A stretch of 64,000 nt of DNA from Deltaproteobacteria bacterium (GTDB lineage Bacteria; Myxococcota; Kuafuiibacteriia; Kuafuiibacteriales; Kuafuiibacteriaceae): positions 224,001-288,000 of the forward strand of contig JAVJQW010000046.1 of NCBI GenBank assembly GCA_040218735.1, read 5' to 3'. Numbering within the stretch: position 1 is the first letter of the stretch; each line of letters opens with the position of its first letter. The position numbers were made by a program, and so were the translations under genes. The notes under the pieces were generated by a model. It was not told the DNA's origin. It saw only the letters and a program-made list of their open reading frames with translations, and searched no databases. This document shows, in pieces, positions 1 to 7,227 of the stretch.

Positions 1-90
1 GGCGCCGCTCGCGTCGACGAGGACGCCGTACGCGTCGATCAACAACGCTTCGTAGCGCTCGATGAGCGCATCGACGGTCGTGGCCTCCAA
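1..90 (-). CDS. HAD-superfamily hydrolase, subfamily IIA-like (N-terminal part only; runs off window start)
   Basis: Manual translation from TTG at 90 gives LEATTVDALIERYEALLIDAYGVLVDASGA, with the motif I-like LIDAYGVL; lies directly downstream of pmbA. Confidence 0.7.
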   Translation of the reverse strand, partial: MEATTVDALIERYEALLIDAYGVLVDASGA

Positions 91-94
91 CGGT

Positions 95-1453
95 TCAGCT
101 ACCCGCGACGGTCATCTTCGCGACGCGGAACGTCGGCGTCGCGAAGCGCGCCTTCGGATCGAGGTCGCTCCCGACCGCGTCGATGTTCTTCCACAGCTCG
201 TCGAAGTTCAGGCTGATCGTGATCTCGCCGACCGGGTACTTCATCTCGCCGTCTTCGATCCAGAACCCCTCCGCGCCGCGCGAGAAGTCGCCGGTCACCG
301 CAGAGAAGCCGAAGCCCATCATCGACGTCACGTAGAGCCCGGCCTTCACGTCCTTCACGATCTCCTCCGGCGAGGTCTCGCCCGGGAGGAGGTGGAAGTT
401 CGTCGGCGCGACCGACGGCCGCCCCGAGTAACCGCGTGACGCGCTGCCGGTGCTCTCCTTGCCGAGCTTCCGCGCCGCGTAGGAGTCCATCAGGTACGTG
501 CGGAGCACGCCGGCCTCGACGACGACGTTCTTGCGGGCCTCGAGCCCCTCGCCGTCGAACGGCTTCGAGCCCGGGCCGCGCGGCAGCAGCGGATCGTCGA
601 CGATCGTCACGAGCGGGCACGCGACCGCGTCACCCTCGCGGTCGCACAGGTACGAAGCGCGCTGATACACCGCGCGTCCGTCGATGCACGAGAACAGCAG
701 CGACAGCAGCGCGCGTCCGGCGTCGGGGTGGAACACGACGGGGACCTGAGCGCTCGGCACCTTCTTCGCGCCGAGCTTCGCGAGCGTGCGCCGCGCGGCC
801 TCTTCGCCGATGTCCTTCGCGCCGCGCATCATCTCGACGTGCCGACGCGCGTCCCAGTCGTAGGCGGTGCGCTTCTTCCCGCCTTCGTCGTCCGCGAGCG
901 GACTCACCGACAGGCTCTGGTAGGTGCCTTGGTAGCCACCCGAGAAGCCGCCGGAGGTGACGAGCGCCATCGCGCTCCGCGTGCGGGAGTAGTTCGCGCC
1001 TTCGCTGTTGGTGATCCGTTCGTCGTAGTCGAGCGCGGCGACCTCCGCCTCGAGTGCGAGCTCGGCGGCGCGTTTGGCGTCGATGTCGGCGCCGGTCGGG
1101 TCGAACAGGTCGAGCTCGGCGAACGACTTCGCGAGCAGCGACGGGTCCGGCGGCGCCGCGAGCGGGTCCGGCTCGGACAGCGCCGCGAGCTCCATCGCGT
1201 CCGCGACGAGCAGCTCGAGCCCGGCGTCGGTGGTGTCGCTGGTGTACGTGGCCGCGGACTTGTCGTCCTTGATGACGCGCAGACCGACGGTGTGGCTCCC
1301 GGCCTCTTCGATCAGCTCGCGCTCGCGCACGCGTACGCGCGTCGACAGCTCTTCGCTGCTGCTGCTCAAGACCTCGGCGACATCCGCGCCCTGCTTCTTC
1401 GCGGCCTCGACGATCCGCGCGCCGAGCGCCTGTAGCTCTTCGACCGACTTCAT
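95..1453 (-). CDS. pmbA: TldE/PmbA metalloprotease subunit
   Basis: FDGEG, GDFSRGAEGFWIEDG and YPVGEITI motifs; no HExxH; ATG at 1453 overlaps the tldD stop (TGATG). Confidence 0.92.
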   Translation of the reverse strand: MKSVEELQALGARIVEAAKKQGADVAEVLSSSSEELSTRVRVRERELIEEAGSHTVGLRVIKDDKSAATYTSDTTDAGLELLVADAMELAALSEPDPLAAPPDPSLLAKSFAELDLFDPTGADIDAKRAAELALEAEVAALDYDERITNSEGANYSRTRSAMALVTSGGFSGGYQGTYQSLSVSPLADDEGGKKRTAYDWDARRHVEMMRGAKDIGEEAARRTLAKLGAKKVPSAQVPVVFHPDAGRALLSLLFSCIDGRAVYQRASYLCDREGDAVACPLVTIVDDPLLPRGPGSKPFDGEGLEARKNVVVEAGVLRTYLMDSYAARKLGKESTGSASRGYSGRPSVAPTNFHLLPGETSPEEIVKDVKAGLYVTSMMGFGFSAVTGDFSRGAEGFWIEDGEMKYPVGEITISLNFDELWKNIDAVGSDLDPKARFATPTFRVAKMTVAGS

Positions 1454-2895
1454 CAGCTGCCCACCTGCGTTCCGCCCACCGTGATCGACGCGATGCGCGT
1501 CGTCGGGCATCCGACCCCGACGGGCACCGACTGCCCGTCCTTACCGCACGTCCAGATGCCGTCCGACAGCTCGACGTCGGTGCCGAGCATGTCGACCTTC
1601 CTCAGCACGTCCGGCCCGTTGCCGATCAGGTTCACACCCTTGAGCGGCGCGGTGATCTTGCCGTCTTCGATCAGGTAGCTCTCCGTCAGCGAGAACACGA
1701 AGTCACCGTTCGAGATGTTCACCGAGCCGCCCGAGAAGCGCTTCGCGAACACCCCCTTCTTCACGCTCGCGATGATCTCCTCCGGCGTGTGCGGCCCGGC
1801 CGTCATGATCGTGTTCGTCATGCGCGGCATCGGCACGTGCCGGAAGGTCTCGCGCCGGCCGTTGCCGGACTTGGTGTCGAAGTACTTCGCGCTCTGGCGG
1901 TCCTGCATGTAACCGCGCAGCACGCCGTTCTCGATCAGCGTGACCGGCTCGGCGACGTTGCCCTCGTCGTCGACGTTGATGCTGCCGCGAGCGTTCGGGT
2001 AGCTCGGATCGTCGACGACGCTCACCAGCTCGCTCGCCACGACGTTGCCGACCTGGTCCGTGTAGTTCGAAGTCTTCTTGCGGTTGAAGTCCGCCTCGAG
2101 CCCGTGCCCGACCGCCTCGTGCAGCAGGATCCCGCTGTCACCGGGTGCGAGCACGACCGTCATCTCGCCGGCCGGTGCTTCCTGCGCGTGCAGCATGTCG
2201 ATCGCGATGCGCGCGGCCTCGCGACCGTGGTCCTCGGGTTTGTTGCCCTTGGTGAGGAAGTAGTCGAGGCCCACGCGCCCGCCGCCGCCGCCGCGGCCGG
2301 ACTGACGTTTGTCGCCGTCCTCGGCGATCGCCATGACGTTGAAGCGCAAGATGGGTTGACGGTCGTGCGCGAGTGCGCCGTCGCTCGTCGCGACGAGGAC
2401 CTCGCGGACGTTCTCGACGAGCGAGCACTTCACACGTTGGATGCGTGAGTCATAGTTGCGCGCGGCGACGTCGGCACGCCGGAGGATCTCGCGTTTGGTC
2501 GCGCCCTCCACGTCGAGTGTGAGGTGCTCGTACGGGTAGCGGTTCGGGAGGTGTTTCTTCGCGAGGGCTTCGAGCTCGGCGCCGTTGCCGCCGCTCGCGA
2601 TCTGCGCGGCGGTCTTCGCGGCCGCGAGCATCGCGTCCTCGGTGAGTTGCTCGGTGTACGCGAACCCGGTGCCGTCGCCCTTGAGGACGCGGACCCCGAG
2701 GCCCATCGTCACGCCGCGCGTGGCGTTCTCGAGGATGCCCTCGTCCCAGCTGAGCGTGCCGCTCGCGCGGTACTCGAAGAAGAGGTCGGCGTAGTCGCCG
2801 CCGGCGGAGAGCGCCGTGGAGAGGAGTCGTCCGAGGAAGGTCTCGTCGATCGGCTCGGCCCCGTCGGGGGCGAAGGGCGCGCTATGTCTGGACAT
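1453..2895 (-). CDS. tldD: TldD metalloprotease
   Basis: LLHEAVGHGLEADFNRK zinc motif, PMPRMTNT, CGKDGQSVPVGVG; start could be 2895 or 2913. Confidence 0.95.
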   Translation of the reverse strand: MSRHSAPFAPDGAEPIDETFLGRLLSTALSAGGDYADLFFEYRASGTLSWDEGILENATRGVTMGLGVRVLKGDGTGFAYTEQLTEDAMLAAAKTAAQIASGGNGAELEALAKKHLPNRYPYEHLTLDVEGATKREILRRADVAARNYDSRIQRVKCSLVENVREVLVATSDGALAHDRQPILRFNVMAIAEDGDKRQSGRGGGGGRVGLDYFLTKGNKPEDHGREAARIAIDMLHAQEAPAGEMTVVLAPGDSGILLHEAVGHGLEADFNRKKTSNYTDQVGNVVASELVSVVDDPSYPNARGSINVDDEGNVAEPVTLIENGVLRGYMQDRQSAKYFDTKSGNGRRETFRHVPMPRMTNTIMTAGPHTPEEIIASVKKGVFAKRFSGGSVNISNGDFVFSLTESYLIEDGKITAPLKGVNLIGNGPDVLRKVDMLGTDVELSDGIWTCGKDGQSVPVGVGCPTTRIASITVGGTQVGS

Positions 2896-3658
2896 GGGAT
2901 TCGATCCTATCACTCACGAGGGTACGCATCAGTCGAACGCCGCGGATCGAACGCACGCCGTGCCAGCAGCAGTCGTCCCCGCTGACGAGCCGCGTCCGGT
3001 CCAACCCCTCTACGGCGAGTTCTGCTTGGTGTTTCGCCTTGAACGGGAACGGCTCGTCGGGGAGGAAGACGACGTCGGGGTGTTTCGCGCGGAGGTCGTC
3101 GAGCGTGACCGCCGGGTAGCGGTCGGGGGCGTCGCCGAAGACGTTGATACCGCCCGCGCGGCCGAGGAGGTCGGCGACGTAGGTGTCGTCGTTCACGCTC
3201 ATCCAGGGGTCGCGCCAGATGAGGTACGCGTAGGTGAAGCCGGGTTTTTCGTCGGCTTCGAGGGCGGCGATCCGGGCTTCGAGCTCGACCGCGCGGCGCT
3301 CGGCGATCTCGGTCGCGCCGGTCAAGTCGCCGAGGCGGCGCAGCTCGGCCGGGACGTCGGTGACGCGCTTGGGGAGCGAGGTCTCGACCGGGACGCCCTT
3401 CGCGGTGAGCGCTTCGAAGTCTTCGCGACGGTTCTCCTCTTCGTTGAGGAGGACGAGGTCCGGGCGGGCCGCGAGGATGAGGTCGAGGTCGGGGTCCTTG
3501 GTGCCGCCGACCTTGGGGAGCCGAGCGACGACGTCCGCGGGGTGAATGCAGAACTTGGTGACGCCGACGATCTGTTCGGCGAGACCGAAGTCGATCAGCG
3601 TCTCCGTGATCGACGGACACAGTGACACGATCCGACTTTTTGCGTAGACCTCACCCAT
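2882..3658 (-). CDS. Helical-backbone metal receptor (BtuF/TroA-like), no signal peptide
   Basis: RIVSLCPSITETL, VGVTKFCIHP, VGGTKDPD, NEEENRRED, LPDEPFPF, WHGVR family motifs. Confidence 0.85.
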   Translation of the reverse strand: MGEVYAKSRIVSLCPSITETLIDFGLAEQIVGVTKFCIHPADVVARLPKVGGTKDPDLDLILAARPDLVLLNEEENRREDFEALTAKGVPVETSLPKRVTDVPAELRRLGDLTGATEIAERRAVELEARIAALEADEKPGFTYAYLIWRDPWMSVNDDTYVADLLGRAGGINVFGDAPDRYPAVTLDDLRAKHPDVVFLPDEPFPFKAKHQAELAVEGLDRTRLVSGDDCCWHGVRSIRGVRLMRTLVSDRIESHVQT

Positions 3659-4241
3659 GAGTCGGTTCAAGCGAATCTGCGTCTTCTGCGGATCGCAAGA
3701 GGGAAACAGCCCGGTCTACAGCGAGAACGCGATCAAGGTGGGCAAGATGCTCGCCGAGCGCGGCATCGGGCTCGTGTACGGCGGCGGCAAGGTCGGGTTG
3801 ATGGGGCACGTGGCGAACGCGGCGCTCGTCGGCGGCGCGGAGGTCATGGGTGTGATCCCCGAGAAGCTGATGAGCAAGGAGGTCGCCCACGCCGGGCTGA
3901 CCGAGATGTTCGTGGTCGAGAGCATGCACGCGCGCAAGGCGATGATGGCGCACCTGTCGCAGGCATTCGTCGTGTTGCCGGGGGCGTGGGGCACGATGGA
4001 GGAGATGTTCGAGGTCCTGACCTGGACGCAGCTCCGCTACCACACCAAGCCGATCGGGATGCTCAACGTGAACGGCTACTACGACGCGCTCCTCGCGTTC
4101 GCGGACAGCGCGGTGGAGCAAGGTTTCTTGCGGCCCGAGCACCGGAAGCTGTTGGTGTCGGCGACGGATCCCGCGGAGCTGCTCGACGCGTTGGAGGCGA
4201 CCGAGATCCCCGACGATACGCGCTGGATCGACAAGGTATGA
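3657..4241 (+). CDS. LOG family (TIGR00730) nucleotide phosphoribohydrolase
   Basis: ICVFCGS, LVYGGGKVGLMG, MHARKAMM, PGAWGTMEE (variant of PGGxGTxEE). Confidence 0.93.
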   Translation: MSRFKRICVFCGSQEGNSPVYSENAIKVGKMLAERGIGLVYGGGKVGLMGHVANAALVGGAEVMGVIPEKLMSKEVAHAGLTEMFVVESMHARKAMMAHLSQAFVVLPGAWGTMEEMFEVLTWTQLRYHTKPIGMLNVNGYYDALLAFADSAVEQGFLRPEHRKLLVSATDPAELLDALEATEIPDDTRWIDKV

Positions 4242-5158
4242 CGGCGACCCGCGGCGACCATCACGTGCGCGGGATGCGCCTCGCGTATCACACGTGGGGC
4301 GCGCCTTCGTCGCCCGCGGTGTTGGTGCTGCACGGATTCATGGATCACGGCCGCGCGTACGCGCCGGCGGTGGAGCTGCTCGAGCGTGACCTCTACGTCA
4401 TCGCGCCGGACCTGCGCGGACACGGCGCGTCGGACTGGGTGGGCGCCGGCGGCTACTATCACTTCTACGACTACTTCTTCGACGTGCGCGCGTTGCTGCG
4501 GCACCTCGCGGTGGAGCGCTTCTCGATCGTCGGTCACTCGATGGGCGGGAGCGTCGCGACCGGCTTCGCGGCGTTGAACGCCGCGCGCGTGGAGCGCGTG
4601 ATGTTGTTGGAGGGGATGGGGCCGCCGTTCTCCAAGCTCGCGGACACGGTCACGCGCCTGTCGCAGTGGTCGGAGGCGCTCGAGTGGGATCGGGTCTCGG
4701 GCGACGTCGCGACGCGCCGGGCCAAGCGGCGCGTGATGAAGGACGAGGCCGACGCGGCCTCGAAGCTCCGCGGCATGAACCCGCGACTGTCGGAGGTGCT
4801 CGCGCTGCGCCTGGCGTCGACCTTCACCGAGCCATCCGAGGACGGGACGGGCGTGGTGTGGTGCTACGATCCGCTGCACCGAACGCCCGCCGCCAAGCCG
4901 TTCGTCCGCGAGGAAGCCGAGGCCTACTGGTCGACGCTCTCCATGCCGGTCTTGTCCCTGTACGGCGAGCACGGCTGGGCCCCCGACGACGTCGCCGAGC
5001 GCCACGCCATCGTCCCGGATCTGCGCACGCGCCAGGTGCTCGGCGCCGGCCACAACATCCACCACGACAAACCCGCGACGGTCGCGCGCCTGATGGAGGC
5101 GTTCCTCGGCGACGGAGAGGTGCCCGCCCTGGAGGACGTGGTGTCGGTGTCTCGATGA
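4238..5158 (+). CDS. Alpha/beta fold hydrolase
   Basis: LHGFMDH, PDLRGHG, GHSMGG nucleophile elbow, GHNIHHD; ATG at 4238 overlaps the LOG stop. Confidence 0.9.
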   Translation: MTATRGDHHVRGMRLAYHTWGAPSSPAVLVLHGFMDHGRAYAPAVELLERDLYVIAPDLRGHGASDWVGAGGYYHFYDYFFDVRALLRHLAVERFSIVGHSMGGSVATGFAALNAARVERVMLLEGMGPPFSKLADTVTRLSQWSEALEWDRVSGDVATRRAKRRVMKDEADAASKLRGMNPRLSEVLALRLASTFTEPSEDGTGVVWCYDPLHRTPAAKPFVREEAEAYWSTLSMPVLSLYGEHGWAPDDVAERHAIVPDLRTRQVLGAGHNIHHDKPATVARLMEAFLGDGEVPALEDVVSVSR

Positions 5159-5553
5159 TCAAGCTTTCGGACATCGTTCCGTTCGATGGAGTGGCGTGGA
5201 GCGACGTACCGGATCTTCCTGGCGTCTACGTGATCTACGACCGCGACGAGGTCATCTACGTCGGAATGGCGGGGCGCAACGGCGGCGGCAGTCTGAGGAA
5301 GAGGCTCAAGGACCACGGGTCGGGGCAGATCGTGAACATGTTCGCGCAGTATCTCTTCCTGGCACGCGTACAGTTCGTTCCCGCGGAGCGCATTACTCAT
5401 CCGAGGGCCGCGAAGGTCGCGTGCCGAAGATACATCGACGACCACTGCGCCTTCCGCTGGGTTGTCGCCGACTCCGGGGCCGCCGCGCGTCTGCTCGAAC
5501 GAGAGCTGCGCGTTTCCTTGAGACCGGTGTTCAACGCGTTGGCTCCGGACTGA
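5155..5553 (+). CDS. Stand-alone GIY-YIG nuclease family protein
   Basis: PGVYVIY...IYVGMAG...LRKRLKDH...LEREL...PVFN; ATG at 5155 overlaps the previous stop. Confidence 0.8.
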   Translation: MIKLSDIVPFDGVAWSDVPDLPGVYVIYDRDEVIYVGMAGRNGGGSLRKRLKDHGSGQIVNMFAQYLFLARVQFVPAERITHPRAAKVACRRYIDDHCAFRWVVADSGAAARLLERELRVSLRPVFNALAPD

Positions 5554-5578
5554 TGCCGAAGCTGGTATCCTCCCGCCC

Positions 5579-7108
5579 GTGAGGCGCGTCCTCCCGATCT
5601 TGTTGCTCGCGCTCGCGCCGTCGGCCTGCGTGCTCGCCGACGTGTCGCTCGAGGGGCGGCAGTGTCCCTGCGTCGAAGGGTTCGTCTGTGACACGACGAC
5701 GAACCTCTGCGTGTCGGTCCAAGGTTCCGTCAAAGACGGCGGGCCGCGGGACGCCGGTGAGGGCGTGCGCGATGGTGGCTTCGATCCCGATCGGGACGGG
5801 GGGCCTCCGCCTCCGCGCGACGCCGGGCCTCCGCGCGACGCGGGCCCCGGGCGTGACGGCGGGCCGCGCGACGCGGGCCAGTTCCCGGACTGCCTCGTCG
5901 ACATCGACTGCGCGGCGCCCACGTCGGTCTGTGTCAACGAGACTTGCGTCGCCGGCTGCGGTGACCCGGGCGGTACCGCTTGCGCCGGGCCCGAGGTGTG
6001 CCTCGACGGCCGCTGCATCGAAGTCGGCGCGACCTGTACGGCGTCGGCCGACTGCGGAGAGGGGCCTCCGTCGGCGACGTGCGTGGACGGCGCCTGCCAG
6101 GTCGGCTGCGCGGCGCTGTCCGGGACGTGCCTCGGCGATCGCCAGTGCCAGGCCGACGGGTTCTGCGACGTCGCGCCGCGGTGCACGACGCAGGGCGACT
6201 GCGGTCACCCCGACTACAACTGCATCGACCAGCGCTGCGTTCGCCGGTGCGATCGACCGTACGGCTACCCGTGCCGTGGCAACTCGACTTGCGATCCCTT
6301 CGGGCGCTGCGTCGGCGCCGCGAGCATCGGCGCGCCGTGCACCGACGGCGGCGACTGCAACACCGACTACTGCTTGAGCATCAACAACCCGATGGAGAGC
6401 TACTGCACGCGCTCCTGCGCCGCGACGAGTGACTGTCCGCTCGACTTCACCTGCGCGCGCGTGAACGGCGCGAAGCAGTGCGTGCGGGAGACGACGTTCG
6501 GATCGATGGCGATGTTCGACGTCCCCACCGGCGGCGCCTGCACCGCGGAGGTGAACAACTGCCAGAGCGGCCTCTGCTCGGCGGGTGACTTCTGCCTGGA
6601 GCGGTGCTCCCGCAAGTCGGATTGCGCGTTCATCTCGCTGGACTGCATCACGGTCGAGCTCGCCGCCCAGCAGGGGACCGTCTTCCTCAACGCCTGCGCG
6701 AGCAACTCCGGCTTCGACCTCGGCGCGACGTGCCTGAACAACGACCAGTGCGCGAGCGGCGTGTGCAACCGCTACAACATGGAGTGCGTGCAGCCGTGTT
6801 GCTCGGGCGCCGACTGCGACGCCGGTGACATCTGCACCGTGTACGACCTCGCGACCGCGCTCCCGCTCACCGTGTGCCAGACACCCGGCGTCGTCGGGAT
6901 GCTCGAGTACGGCGCGACGTGCAACGACAACGTCTCCTGCCGATCCGGGCTGTGCGTCCCGGTGGACCCGAATGACCAGGCGGGGCCCAAGGCCTGCTCG
7001 ACGTACTGCTGCAACGACTTCGACTGCGGCGTGCTCCCGAACGGAGGCCGTTGCGTGACTCTGGACGGGCCGATCGCCAACGCGCAGACGAAGGTGTGTG
7101 TGCCCTAG
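5579..7108 (+). CDS. Cysteine-rich secreted/lipoprotein (myxobacterial type)
   Basis: Signal ending in APSAC, PRDAG linker, then many C-x4-5-C modules. Confidence 0.8.
   Translation: MRRVLPILLLALAPSACVLADVSLEGRQCPCVEGFVCDTTTNLCVSVQGSVKDGGPRDAGEGVRDGGFDPDRDGGPPPPRDAGPPRDAGPGRDGGPRDAGQFPDCLVDIDCAAPTSVCVNETCVAGCGDPGGTACAGPEVCLDGRCIEVGATCTASADCGEGPPSATCVDGACQVGCAALSGTCLGDRQCQADGFCDVAPRCTTQGDCGHPDYNCIDQRCVRRCDRPYGYPCRGNSTCDPFGRCVGAASIGAPCTDGGDCNTDYCLSINNPMESYCTRSCAATSDCPLDFTCARVNGAKQCVRETTFGSMAMFDVPTGGACTAEVNNCQSGLCSAGDFCLERCSRKSDCAFISLDCITVELAAQQGTVFLNACASNSGFDLGATCLNNDQCASGVCNRYNMECVQPCCSGADCDAGDICTVYDLATALPLTVCQTPGVVGMLEYGATCNDNVSCRSGLCVPVDPNDQAGPKACSTYCCNDFDCGVLPNGGRCVTLDGPIANAQTKVCVP
5735..5880 (+). 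repeat. Imperfect coding tandem repeat (PRDAG/RDGG linker)
   Basis: Repeated ccgcgcgacgc(c/g)gg units; GPRDAG...PPRDAGPPRDAGPGRDGGPRDAG. Confidence 0.7.
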
Positions 7109-7227
7109 ACCGGCCCCGTGGGTCGGTCCCGTCCCAACGGCCAGGGCCCTGGAAAGGGCGCAAATCTCGCGCGGGGGCTCCCGCCGAAGTCCGGACATGG
7201 CGTAGAAGGGCAACAGGGGGCTTCGCC

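Noticed and set aside
7140-7200. GCCCT-GGAA-AGGGC hairpin followed by GCAAA, resembling a c-di-GMP-I riboswitch
   Set aside because: It lacks the upstream GGCAAA and a convincing second stem
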